Assembly: GCA_025964625.1 (NCBI GenBank)
Contig: JAOPYL010000214.1
Location: 7,542-71,541, forward strand
Direction: 5' to 3'
Length of the DNA stretch: 64,000 nt
DNA from: Actinoallomurus sp.
GTDB lineage: Bacteria > Actinomycetota > Actinomycetes > Streptosporangiales > Streptosporangiaceae
Position numbers and translations under genes: made by a program. Positions 29,569-41,337 of this stretch are shown in pieces (position 1 is the stretch's first letter; each line of letters starts with the position of its first letter). The notes beneath the pieces are model-generated. The model was given only the letters and a program-made list of their open reading frames with translations. It made no database searches and had not been told where the DNA came from.

Positions 29569-31206
29569 TCACAGCCCGTTGAGGAAGCGCGTGGCGATGG
29601 GGGCGGCGGCCTTGGCGCCGAACCCTCCGCCCTCGACGATGACCGCGAACGCCATGTCGCCCCGGAAGCCCAGGAACCACGCGTGCGTGGGCAGCTTCGT
29701 CCCAGAGCCGTACTCGGCCGTCCCGGTCTTGCCGGCGGTGCCCGGCGGCAGCCCGGCCGGCTTGGCGGTGCCCGTGGTCACCACCGCGCGCATCATGTCG
29801 GTGAGCTGACTCGTGATCCCCGGGTCGAGCCTGTTGGCCTTGACCTTCTGCGGGACCTGCGGCTCGGACACGAGGGACGGCGGCCGCCAGGTTCCACCCG
29901 CGACGCCGGCCGCCACCCCGGCCATGCTGAAGGCGTTGGCGAGGTCACGTCCCTGGCCGAAGCCGGCGACGGCCAGTTCGGCGTCGCTCGTCGGTGTCGG
30001 GAAGCTTCCCGCGTTGACGGGCACCCCGGGGTCGAGCTTCTGGTTGAAGCCGAAGATGCCCGCGGCGCTCGCCAGCTTGCCCGGACTGAGCAGCCTGTGG
30101 GTCTGCAGGGCGAAGGCGGTGTTGCAGGACTGGGCGAGCGCGTCCTTGAACGTGATGCTCCCGAGCTGCTCGCTCTCGGAGTTGTGGATGACCTGCCCGC
30201 CCACGTTGGCGGTCTTGGGGCAGTCCACCTTGGCGGAGGGGCTGAGGCCCGCCTGCAGCAGTGCGTACGCGGTGACGACCTTGAACGTGGACCCCGGCGG
30301 ATACGTCCCCTGCATCGCCCGGTCGAACCCGCCGGGGAGGTTGGCGACCGCGAGGATCTGCCCGGTGGAGGGCCGGATGGCGACCATCGACGTCGGCTTG
30401 GTCTGGCCCTGCATGGCGTTCGCCGCGGCCTGCTGGACGTGCGGATCCAGGGTGGTCTTCACGTCGCGGCCGGGTTTCCCGGGGAACGTGCCGACCGTAT
30501 TCACCGCGTGATCCGACGCGTCGGCGGTGGAGACGGTCACGGTGGGCGTTCCGGCCAGCCGCTTGTCGAAGCGCTGCTGGAGGCCTGCCTGCCCGACGAC
30601 GTCGCCCTTCTCGTACGGCGTGCCGAGCCGATTGGCCTGCTTGGCGGTGATGGGCCCGGTGCTGCCGACGAGTTGCTGCACCGAACCGGAGACGCCGGCG
30701 CCGTCGATGGGCGTGCCGTCGGCCGCCATGACCGTGGCGCGCTTCGGCCAGGTGTAGGAGGTCCTCAGATGCTGGCCGGCGTGCAGGTCGGGATGGATGG
30801 CCTCCGGTGACCAGGCGACCTTCCACCGCCGGTGACTCGTCGTCAGCAGCAGCCGCCCCTGGTAGTGCAAGGTCCCCATCGGCAGGCCGAGATCGGCGGT
30901 GAACGGTGCGGTGGCACGGTCGCCGTGCCTGGTCACCTTTTCGAGCGAGGCGCGCACCTTGGTGACGCCGAGGTCGCCGCGCAGCGACTGATACTGCTCG
31001 TCGAAGTCGCCCGGCGGTGAGACGGTCGCGACACGCATCGCCGCCAGGTCGCCGCGCTGCCATCCGGACAGGAAGTCGCGCGCCGTCTGCGCGGGACCGC
31101 CCTTGGTCCGGAGCAGGATGTACGCGCCGCCCGCCACCCCCACGAGCACAACCGTCGCGGCGGCGACCATAACCCATAGATGCTTACGCTGCACAGTTCC
31201 CGGCAC
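29569..31206 (-). CDS. Class B-like penicillin-binding protein (NTF2-like N-domain + transpeptidase)
   Basis: N-terminal TM; YPPGSTFK (SxxK), QSCN (SxN), GKTGTAE (KTG). Confidence 0.9.
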   Translation of the reverse strand: MPGTVQRKHLWVMVAAATVVLVGVAGGAYILLRTKGGPAQTARDFLSGWQRGDLAAMRVATVSPPGDFDEQYQSLRGDLGVTKVRASLEKVTRHGDRATAPFTADLGLPMGTLHYQGRLLLTTSHRRWKVAWSPEAIHPDLHAGQHLRTSYTWPKRATVMAADGTPIDGAGVSGSVQQLVGSTGPITAKQANRLGTPYEKGDVVGQAGLQQRFDKRLAGTPTVTVSTADASDHAVNTVGTFPGKPGRDVKTTLDPHVQQAAANAMQGQTKPTSMVAIRPSTGQILAVANLPGGFDRAMQGTYPPGSTFKVVTAYALLQAGLSPSAKVDCPKTANVGGQVIHNSESEQLGSITFKDALAQSCNTAFALQTHRLLSPGKLASAAGIFGFNQKLDPGVPVNAGSFPTPTSDAELAVAGFGQGRDLANAFSMAGVAAGVAGGTWRPPSLVSEPQVPQKVKANRLDPGITSQLTDMMRAVVTTGTAKPAGLPPGTAGKTGTAEYGSGTKLPTHAWFLGFRGDMAFAVIVEGGGFGAKAAAPIATRFLNGL

Positions 31207-31360
31207 TCCCCCGTATCACTGACCTGATCGGCCAATCGTAGTGTCTGGCACCAAAACCACGGCGAGATCGGAATCTCGGCGTCGGCCCCGTCGTCCCCTC
31301 CCCGGTCGGGCGGGCTTCCCACCGATTCCAGTCCGCCGTTCCGCGGCCCCTTGCCGCCCA

Positions 31361-31382
31361 ACCAAGCGTGCGCTAGCTTGGC
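31361..31382. promoter_or_regulatory. Degenerate KstR2-type operator ACCAAGCGTGCGCTAGCTTGGC
   Basis: Both arms (ACCAAGC, GCTTGGC) are present with an 8-nt spacer, ending 5 nt before ATG 31388. Confidence 0.55.
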
Positions 31383-31387
31383 ACGCG

Positions 31388-31828
31388 ATGGACCAGCGCC
31401 CGTTGCCCCTGCCGAGCGCGCTGACGGCGCCCTACTGGGAGGCGTGCCGGCGCGGCGAGCTCGCCATTCAGCGGTGCCGGAGCTGCCGTCGCCACGTCCA
31501 CTTCCCCGAGCCGGCCTGCCCGCACTGCGGCGGCGACCTGTCGTACGAGGTCGTCTCCGGACGCGGGGTCGTGCACACCTTCAGCGTCGTGCACCGCTCT
31601 TTTCTGCCGGGCTTCGTGACACCGTACGTCATCGCCTGGGTCGACCTCGATGAGGGTGTCCGGACGTTCGGCAACATCGCGGGCGACAGTCCGGCCGGCG
31701 GCCCGGCCGAAGAGGACGCGCCGAGCGGCCGGAGCGGACCGGAAGGCGTCCGGATCGGCATGCCCGTGCGGGTGCGCTTCGACGACCTTCCCGGATTCGG
31801 CCGCGTCCCCAACTGGAGGCCCGCTTGA
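31388..31828 (+). CDS. Zn-ribbon/OB-fold (DUF35) protein
   Basis: PYWEACRRGELAIQRCRSC...CPHC, GRGVVHTFSVVH. Confidence 0.9.
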   Translation: MDQRPLPLPSALTAPYWEACRRGELAIQRCRSCRRHVHFPEPACPHCGGDLSYEVVSGRGVVHTFSVVHRSFLPGFVTPYVIAWVDLDEGVRTFGNIAGDSPAGGPAEEDAPSGRSGPEGVRIGMPVRVRFDDLPGFGRVPNWRPA

Positions 31829-32166
31829 ACATCGGCAACGTCCTGTATCCGGTCAGAGACGTCCAGGAGGCCGTGGCCTTCTACCGAGACGGCCTCGGGC
31901 TCACGCTGAAGTTCACCGACGCCGGCAGATTCGCGGCAATGGACGGGGGCGGCACGACGTTCGCGCTGACCGGCCCGGACGAAGACGTGACCGGTGGCGC
32001 GCCCGCGGCCTCGTTCCTGGTCACCGACGCGGCGGCCGCCGTGGAGAGGCTCACCGCGGCCGGTGCGCGGCTGGTCCGCGGCCCCGAGGAAGGCCCGCAC
32101 GAGGTGCGCGCGGTGCTCCGCGATCCCGACGGGAACGCCTTCATCGTCTACACGCCCCGGCAGTAG
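31825..32166 (+). CDS. VOC/glyoxalase family protein
   Basis: DVQEAVAFYRDGLG...AVLRDPDGN; 4-nt overlap with the upstream gene. Confidence 0.85.
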   Translation: MNIGNVLYPVRDVQEAVAFYRDGLGLTLKFTDAGRFAAMDGGGTTFALTGPDEDVTGGAPAASFLVTDAAAAVERLTAAGARLVRGPEEGPHEVRAVLRDPDGNAFIVYTPRQ

Positions 32167-32187
32167 CCCATCCCCGAGGAGACCGCA

Positions 32188-33771
32188 GTGGCGCGATCAC
32201 CATTCTCCAACTACGCGTACGCCATCCTCACCGCGAACGCGCTGCGCGGCCCGGACAAGGTCGCGCTGACCTACTGCGGCGGGACGGCCCTCACGTACGA
32301 CCGGCTCAACCGGAAGGTCAACCAGGTCGCGCATGCCCTTCTGGACGCGGGCGTCCAGAAGGGCATGCGCGTCGCTTCGCTGCTGAACGAGACGCTGAAC
32401 GTGGCCGAGGTGTACCTCGCGCAGATGAAGCTCGGCTCGGTCGTGTGCGCGCTCAACCCCTACTGGCCGGCGGAGACGCTCGCCCGGGTGGTGGAGCGGT
32501 CGGGCTGCACGGCGTTCGTGTACGACGCGAGCGTCGACGGGCTGGTCGAGGCCGTGCGGCCGAAGCTGCCCGGCGTCACGCTCTGGCTGCGGCTCGGCGG
32601 GCCCGCCGAGGGAGCCACCGACCTCGGCGCGCTGGCCTCGGCCGCCCCCGAGGAGGAGCCTCCGCTCGGCGGGCACGGCGACGACCTGATGGCGCTGTTC
32701 TACACCTCCGGCACGACCGGCCTGCCCAAGGCGGTGATGCACTCCCACTACTCCAGCCTGGCCTCGGCGCAGATCTGGCTGGACATCCCCGGCGGCGGCG
32801 ACTCGGTCATGGGCACCGGAGCGATCATCTGGGGAATCGGCTTCCCGGCGCTGGTCGGCCCGGCGTTCTACGCGGGCATGCGGCTCGTCCTCGAACAGGA
32901 CTGGGGCCCGGCGAACTTCCTGAAGGTCGTGCCGCGCGAGCGCGTCACGCACGTCAGCCTGATCCCCAGCTTCTTCTCCGCCCTGCTCGGCTCGGACGAC
33001 CACACCGGAGCGGACCTGTCGTCGCTGCGCGCGATCGTGCTCGGCGGCGAGCCGCTGCTGCCGTCCCTCCGCGAGAAGATCATGAAGCGGCTGCCGGGGA
33101 CCCGGATCTTCTCCTACTACGGGCAGACCGAGGCGCCCTACACATGCGTCGGCCGTCAGGACGACGGCAGCCAGGACATCTCGTCGGTGGGCCGGGCGCG
33201 CACGTCCACGGCGGTACGCATCACCGGCCCGGACGGCGAACGCGTCGTGGGTGAGGTCGGTGAGATCAACCTGACCGGCCCGAACCTGATGCAGGGCTAT
33301 GACGGGCAGCCGGACAGGACCGCCGAGGTGCTACGCGACGGCTGGTACGTCGGCGGCGACCTCGGGATGATGGATTCCGACGGGTACGTGACCGTGCTCG
33401 GCCGCCGGGAGGACTCGATCCTCAAGGGCGGCGTCTGGTCCCAGCCCGCCCACCTGGAGGAGGCCGCGATCGAGGTGGGCGGCGTGGCGGAGGCCGGCGT
33501 CGTCGGAGTTCCCGCGCACACCGCGGGCGGGGACGCCGCCGAGCAGCGGATCCTCCTCGCGGTCGTGCCGCGCGCCGGCGCGGTTCTCGATCCCGGCGCC
33601 GTGAGGGCCGAGCTCGGTGAGAGGCTCCCCGCCCACCAGGCGCCCGACCTCGTGGTCGTGGCCGAGGAACTGCCCCATACCCAGGACGCCTCCGGCGGAC
33701 CCGGCAAGCTGCTCCGCCGCGAGATCCGCGCCAGGTACGCCGACCGTCTGCGGCAGTCCGGACCGAAGTGA
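32188..33771 (+). CDS. Class I adenylate-forming acyl-CoA synthetase
   Basis: YTSGTTGLPK, YGQTE, WYVGGDLG. Confidence 0.9.
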   Translation: MARSPFSNYAYAILTANALRGPDKVALTYCGGTALTYDRLNRKVNQVAHALLDAGVQKGMRVASLLNETLNVAEVYLAQMKLGSVVCALNPYWPAETLARVVERSGCTAFVYDASVDGLVEAVRPKLPGVTLWLRLGGPAEGATDLGALASAAPEEEPPLGGHGDDLMALFYTSGTTGLPKAVMHSHYSSLASAQIWLDIPGGGDSVMGTGAIIWGIGFPALVGPAFYAGMRLVLEQDWGPANFLKVVPRERVTHVSLIPSFFSALLGSDDHTGADLSSLRAIVLGGEPLLPSLREKIMKRLPGTRIFSYYGQTEAPYTCVGRQDDGSQDISSVGRARTSTAVRITGPDGERVVGEVGEINLTGPNLMQGYDGQPDRTAEVLRDGWYVGGDLGMMDSDGYVTVLGRREDSILKGGVWSQPAHLEEAAIEVGGVAEAGVVGVPAHTAGGDAAEQRILLAVVPRAGAVLDPGAVRAELGERLPAHQAPDLVVVAEELPHTQDASGGPGKLLRREIRARYADRLRQSGPK

Positions 33772-33826
33772 ACAGGAGACTCCGGCCAGTGGATCCGAGC
33801 GGCGCGGCAGACGGGGAGCACGACCA

Positions 33827-35947
33827 TTGATCGCCGAACATCGGGTGAAGGAGTTCGTCTCCGGCTTCGGGGTCGCCGTGCCGCGCGGCACGACGGCCGC
33901 CGGTCCTGACGACGTCGCGGACGCCGCGGCGGGGCTGACCCCGCCTCTCGTGGTCAAGGCGCACGGCCCCGGGCTGGTGCACAAGAGCGACGCGGGCGCC
34001 GTGCGGCTGGGGCTTCGATCGCCGGCCGAGGCGGCGCGTGCGGCCGCCGGCATGCGGGCGGAGCTGGGTGACCGGGTCGACGGCTACCTCGTCGAGGAGC
34101 AGTCCGCCCCGGGCGTCGAAGTCATCGTCGGCGCCGTACGAGACCCCTCGTTCGGACCCGTGCTGCTGGCCGGCCTCGGCGGCGTGTGGACCGAGGCGCT
34201 CGGGGACACCGCCCTGCGCCTGTGCCCCGTCACCGAGGAGGATGCCCGGGAGATGCTGGCCGAGCTGCGCGGCGCCGCTCTGCTGGAAGGCTTCCGCGGC
34301 CGGCCCGCGATCGACAAGGACGCCCTCGTGAAGGTACTGCTCGCGGTCGGCGGCCCCGGTGGAGTGGCCGAGTCCCTGGGCGACCGGTTCACCGAGTTCG
34401 AGCTCAACCCGGTGATCTGCACCCCCGAAGGCGCCGTCGCGGTGGACGCGCGCCTCCTGGGCGCGTCCGCCTCCGACCCCGGTGAGCGTATCGGTGAGCG
34501 GATCGGTGAGCGGAGCCCTCGCGGTCGCCCCGGCCGCCCGGCCGAAGCCCGCGGCGAGACGGGCGCGGCGCAGGACTTCGGCCGGCTGTTCGCGCCGCGC
34601 GGGGTGGCGGTCGTCGGCGCGTCCGCCAAGAAGCCGAACTTCGGAAACATGTTCCTGGGCTTCTACCGCGCCGCGGGGTACGGCGGCCGGCTCGTTGCCG
34701 TGCACCCGAGCGCCGGAGACATCGACGGTGTGCCCTGCGTGCCCTCGCTCGACGGGGCGGAGGTCGACTACGCGCTGGTCGCGGTCCCCGCCGAAAGATG
34801 CCCGGACGTCGTGCGCGAGGCCCGTGGTGTCCCGTTCGTGCAGGTCATGAGCGGCGGCTTCCGCGAGACCGGGGCCGTACGCCTCGAAGCGGACCTCATC
34901 GCCGCCGCCCGGCAGGCGGGCACACGCCTGCTCGGCCCCAACTGCATGGGCGTCTACTCGCCCAGGGGCGGCCAGACGTTCATCGGCGGCACGCCGGGAC
35001 GGCCGGGACACATCGCGCTGATCTCCCAGAGCGGCGGCATGGCCGGCGAGGTCATCAAGGTCGGGGAACGCCGCGGCATGGCCTTCTCCAAGGTCGTCAC
35101 GGTCGGCAACAGCACCGACGTCGCCCCGGCCGAGCTGCTGCGGTACCTCGCGGACGACGACGACACCTCGGTGATCGGCCTCTACCTGGAGGACCCGCGT
35201 GACGGGCGCGCGCTGTCCGAGGCGCTGCGGGCCGTCCGCAAGCCGGTCGTCGCGCTCGTGGGCGGCCGTTCCGCACAGGGCCACCGGACCGCGGCGTCGC
35301 ACACCGGCGCCATGGTCGCCGACACCCGCCTCTGGGACGCCCTGGCGAGACAGACCGGCATGGCCCTCGTCACGTGCCAGGACGACCTGATCGGCGCGCT
35401 GGACCTCCTCGACCTGCACGCCGCGAGGAAGGTTCCGCGCACCGCGGACGTGCTCGTCGTCGGGCCGAGCGGCGGGGCCGGCGTGCTCGCCGCGGACGCG
35501 CTGGACCGCGCCGGGCTCCGCCTGGGCCCGCTGCCCGAGATCGACCTCGGCCTGGCCGTGGGCAGCTCGCCCGCCAACCCGCTGGAGATCCCGGTCGGCC
35601 CGCGCGGCAGACCCGGCCTGGTCCGCGAGGTCGTCTCGGCGATCGACCGGGCACGGCCGTACCCCGACGTGATCGCCCACGTGAACGTGCAGAGCTTCTT
35701 CACCTACGGCGACAGCGTGGACGCTCTGCTCGCGTACGCGCGCAGCGTGGCCGGCCTGCAGGAGGAGATCGGCGGAACGCGCGTCACCCTCGTCATGCGC
35801 AATGCCGAGTGCGCGCCCCCCGGTGTCGAGGACGAGGTACGGGCGGTCGCGCGCGCCGCGGGCGTACCGGCCTATCGGAGCATGGAGGCCGCCGCCGCGG
35901 CGGTCGCCGCGGGACAGACCATTGAGAGGTGCCATGGGCAGGCTTGA
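33827..35947 (+). CDS. ADP-forming acyl-CoA synthetase (ATP-grasp + CoA-binding fusion)
   Basis: HKSDAGAV and ELNPV (ATP-grasp), then LLGPNCMG, SQSGG, SHTGAM (alpha subunit); GGGGAG RBS before TTG. Confidence 0.9.
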   Translation: MIAEHRVKEFVSGFGVAVPRGTTAAGPDDVADAAAGLTPPLVVKAHGPGLVHKSDAGAVRLGLRSPAEAARAAAGMRAELGDRVDGYLVEEQSAPGVEVIVGAVRDPSFGPVLLAGLGGVWTEALGDTALRLCPVTEEDAREMLAELRGAALLEGFRGRPAIDKDALVKVLLAVGGPGGVAESLGDRFTEFELNPVICTPEGAVAVDARLLGASASDPGERIGERIGERSPRGRPGRPAEARGETGAAQDFGRLFAPRGVAVVGASAKKPNFGNMFLGFYRAAGYGGRLVAVHPSAGDIDGVPCVPSLDGAEVDYALVAVPAERCPDVVREARGVPFVQVMSGGFRETGAVRLEADLIAAARQAGTRLLGPNCMGVYSPRGGQTFIGGTPGRPGHIALISQSGGMAGEVIKVGERRGMAFSKVVTVGNSTDVAPAELLRYLADDDDTSVIGLYLEDPRDGRALSEALRAVRKPVVALVGGRSAQGHRTAASHTGAMVADTRLWDALARQTGMALVTCQDDLIGALDLLDLHAARKVPRTADVLVVGPSGGAGVLAADALDRAGLRLGPLPEIDLGLAVGSSPANPLEIPVGPRGRPGLVREVVSAIDRARPYPDVIAHVNVQSFFTYGDSVDALLAYARSVAGLQEEIGGTRVTLVMRNAECAPPGVEDEVRAVARAAGVPAYRSMEAAAAAVAAGQTIERCHGQA
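34481..34516 (+). repeat. 12-bp tandem repeat x3 (GERI-GERI-GERS) in the inter-domain linker
   Basis: ggtgagcgtatc ggtgagcggatc ggtgagcggagc. Confidence 0.8.
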
Positions 35948-36695
35948 GGGAAAGGTCGCGCTCGTCACCGGCGGCGCGCGCGGCATGGGCAAGGCGCACG
36001 TGAAGCGGTTCGCCGCCGAGGGCGCCAAGGTCGTCTGCGGCGACGTGCTCGAGGAGGAGGGCGGCAGGCTCGCCGCCGAGCTCGGCGACGCGGTGCGGTT
36101 CATCCGGATGGACGTCACGCGGCCCGGCGACTGGCGGGCCGCCGTGGACACCGCCGTCACCGTCTTCGGCACGCTCGACGTGCTGGTCAACAACGCCGGG
36201 ATCATCAAGCACAGGCTGATCGAGGACATGTCGCTCGAGGAGTTCACCCAGGTCCTCGAGGTCAACCTGATCGGCCAGTGGCTCGGTGTGAAGGCGGTCA
36301 TCGCGCCGATGAGGGCGGCCGGCGGCGGCTCGATCGTCAACGTGTCCTCGGCCGAGGGCTTCATCGGGGCAGCCGGACTGGCCGCCTACAGCGCCAGCAA
36401 GTTCGGCGTGCGCGGCCTGACGAAGGCCGCCGCCCGCGAACTCGGCGAGTACGGCATTCGCGTCAACTCCATCCACCCGGGCGGCATCCTCACGGCCCTG
36501 TCGCTGGACCCGGACCTCGTCGCGGCGACCGCGGACAGCGCCGAGGCGTTCCTGAAGGCCCTGCCGCTGAAACGGATGGGCAGGGCCGAGGAGGTCCCCG
36601 CGCTCGTGGTGTTCCTCGCCTCCGACGAGGCGAGCTACTGCACCGGCAGCGAGATCCTCGTCGACGGCGGCATGCTCACCGGAGCCGGTTACTGA
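35934..36695 (+). CDS. SDR, 3-alpha(20-beta)-hydroxysteroid dehydrogenase-like
   Basis: MGRLEGKVALVTGGARGMG, NNAG, YSASKFGVRGLTK, IRVNSIHPG. Confidence 0.9.
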   Translation: MGRLEGKVALVTGGARGMGKAHVKRFAAEGAKVVCGDVLEEEGGRLAAELGDAVRFIRMDVTRPGDWRAAVDTAVTVFGTLDVLVNNAGIIKHRLIEDMSLEEFTQVLEVNLIGQWLGVKAVIAPMRAAGGGSIVNVSSAEGFIGAAGLAAYSASKFGVRGLTKAAARELGEYGIRVNSIHPGGILTALSLDPDLVAATADSAEAFLKALPLKRMGRAEEVPALVVFLASDEASYCTGSEILVDGGMLTGAGY

Positions 36696-36714
36696 CGCCC
36701 GGAAGCTCCACTCC

Positions 36715-39052
<2,338 letters not shown>

Positions 39053-39268
39053 GAGTCACCTCATTCGGAACTTTCGTCTCGCCATGCGGGGTCCGCGGAT
39101 CCGGCAGGCGTCCCCCTTAGTGCGCAGATGCCCAGGTCGCCCTCTCTCAATGCGCTGTGGGACGAACCTCCTTGTCCCTGATGGTCAAAAAGGGCATCCC
39201 GCCCGTAGTCCACCGGTGCCGCGGCGCGACCCGGCGTGGCGCCCGCGTCGCCGGGTAGATGCCACGAT

Positions 39269-40240
39269 GTGACCAGGCGAATCGTCCATGTGGGCTTCGT
39301 GGGCGCCGGCTATGTCGCGGTCCGCCATGTCGAGTCGCTCGCACGGCTCGACGGTGTGCGCATCACCGCGGTCACCGACCCGCGCGTCGAACGCATGGAA
39401 CGCTTCGCACGCCTTACCGGTGCCCGGTCCTACGCGGGTCACGAGGACATGTTGGATCACGAGCGGCTCGATGCCGTCTACATCTGCGTGCCGCCCGGCG
39501 CCCACGGCGCGCCCGAACGTACCGCGATCGAGCGCGGTCTGCCCTTCTTCGTCGAGAAGCCGCTGGCCTGCGACGTGACGACCGCGGAGGGCATCGCCGA
39601 GCTGGTCCGTGACGCCGCGCTGCCCACCGCGACCGGATATCACTGGCGCTACCTGGACACCGTCGAACGCGCCGCCGAACTGCTCGCCGACAATCCACCA
39701 CTGCTGGTCCTGGGCTTCTGGCTTGACCGGCCGCCGGGCACCGACTGGTGGTTGCGGCAGGACCAGTCCGGTGGACAGCTCGTCGAGCAGGCGACGCACC
39801 TGTTCGACCTGGCCCGGCTGCTGGTCGGGGACCTCGAGGTGCTGCACGCGGACGCGGCCCGCCTCCCGGGGGCCGACGGCGGCGAGATCCACCGGGCCGC
39901 CATGTCGTCACTGCGCTTCGCTTCGGGCGCCATCGGGTCGATCGCCGCCACCTGCGTGCTCAGCCACGGCTATCGGATGGGCATCGAGTTCTTCTGCTCG
40001 GGCCGCACGGTGACGCTGTCCGAACGCGAACTACTGGTCGACGAAGGCGTACGGCGATGGGTGACCACGGCCCAGGGCGACCCCTTCTTACGCGAAGACG
40101 CCGATTTCGTCGACGCCGTGCGTGGAGGACCGTCCCAGGTGCGCGCCCCGTACGCGGAGGCGCTCCGGACTCACCGCATCGCCTGTGCCGCCGCGGCGGC
40201 GTACACGGGCGCGAAGGGTGAGGTGAGCGTCCGTGGCTGA
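39269..40240 (+). CDS. Gfo/Idh/MocA NAD(P)-dependent oxidoreductase
   Basis: GFVGAG, AVYICVPP, FVEKP, GGQLVEQATHLFD; start uncertain. Confidence 0.9.
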   Translation: MTRRIVHVGFVGAGYVAVRHVESLARLDGVRITAVTDPRVERMERFARLTGARSYAGHEDMLDHERLDAVYICVPPGAHGAPERTAIERGLPFFVEKPLACDVTTAEGIAELVRDAALPTATGYHWRYLDTVERAAELLADNPPLLVLGFWLDRPPGTDWWLRQDQSGGQLVEQATHLFDLARLLVGDLEVLHADAARLPGADGGEIHRAAMSSLRFASGAIGSIAATCVLSHGYRMGIEFFCSGRTVTLSERELLVDEGVRRWVTTAQGDPFLREDADFVDAVRGGPSQVRAPYAEALRTHRIACAAAAAYTGAKGEVSVRG

Positions 40241-41321
40241 GGTCCGCAGCCTCGGGGTGCGCGCACCCGGGCAGCCGGAGATCTTCACCCAGCCCGCCGA
40301 CCCGCTACGCGCCGGCGACTTCGAGGTCGAGACGCTCTTCAGCGGCCTGTCCGCGGGAACCGAACTGGCCACCGTGAAGGGCACCAGCCCGTTCCTGAGA
40401 CGCCGTTTCGACCGGGAGCTACGGCTGTTCGAGGACAGTGCGCCGGCCGGGTCGTATCCGGTGCGCTGCCTTGGTTATATGGAGGTCGGCCGGGTCCGGG
40501 AGAGCCGGTGCGCGAGCGTTCCCGCCGGGGCGACAGTGGCCATGGCGTACGGACACCGCACCGCCTATCGCGCGGACCCGTGCTCCGACCACGTCGTCGT
40601 GTTGCCCGACGATCTGGACCCGCTGCTCGGTGTCTACCTGGCCCAGATGGGTCCGATCTGCGCCAACGGGCTCCTGCACGCCGCCGCCGAGCACGCCGGT
40701 CCGCTCAGCGGAGAGACCGACGGGCTGGCCGGAGGAGTGGCCGGCCGGCGTGTCCTTGTCACCGGGGCGGGCGTCGTCGGCCTGCTCACCGCGCTCTTCG
40801 CCCTGCACCATGGCGCCGCTGAGGTCGCGGTGGCCGACCCGACGCCTCGGCGGCTCGCGGCGGCCGCAGCACTCGGCTGCGTGCCCGTCGACGAGCGCGA
40901 ACACGACCCCGCCCGATGGTGCAAGGAGCGGTGGGGGAACGCCGAGCCCGGCGCCGACCTGGTGTTCCAGTGCCGAGGCCAGGGTCGCGCGCTCCGCACC
41001 GCACTGCGTGCGCTACGGCCGCAGGGTGCAGTCATCGACCTGGCCTTTTATCAGGACGGAGCGACCGACGTATGCCTCGGAGAGGAGTTCCACCACAACG
41101 GGCTGACCGTACGGTCCGCCCAGATCGCCCGGATGCCGCGCGGCTGCTCCTGGAATCGCTCCGACCTGTCCGCTGCCACGGTCGAGCTGCTCCGCGCCCG
41201 CGGCGCGGATGTCCGGCGGCATCTGATCACCGACATCCTGCACGTCGACGAGGCGCCGGCCTTTCTGCGAGACCTGGCCGCCCGGCGGCGCCATACCATC
41301 CAGGCCGTCTTCACCTTCTGA
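40233..41321 (+). CDS. MDR-family (Zn-ADH-like) dehydrogenase
   Basis: SGLSAGTE, GYMEVG, VTGAGVVG, EEFHHNGL. Confidence 0.8.
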   Translation: MAEVRSLGVRAPGQPEIFTQPADPLRAGDFEVETLFSGLSAGTELATVKGTSPFLRRRFDRELRLFEDSAPAGSYPVRCLGYMEVGRVRESRCASVPAGATVAMAYGHRTAYRADPCSDHVVVLPDDLDPLLGVYLAQMGPICANGLLHAAAEHAGPLSGETDGLAGGVAGRRVLVTGAGVVGLLTALFALHHGAAEVAVADPTPRRLAAAAALGCVPVDEREHDPARWCKERWGNAEPGADLVFQCRGQGRALRTALRALRPQGAVIDLAFYQDGATDVCLGEEFHHNGLTVRSAQIARMPRGCSWNRSDLSAATVELLRARGADVRRHLITDILHVDEAPAFLRDLAARRRHTIQAVFTF

Positions 41322-41337
41322 CTCACCGGGGCCGGTG

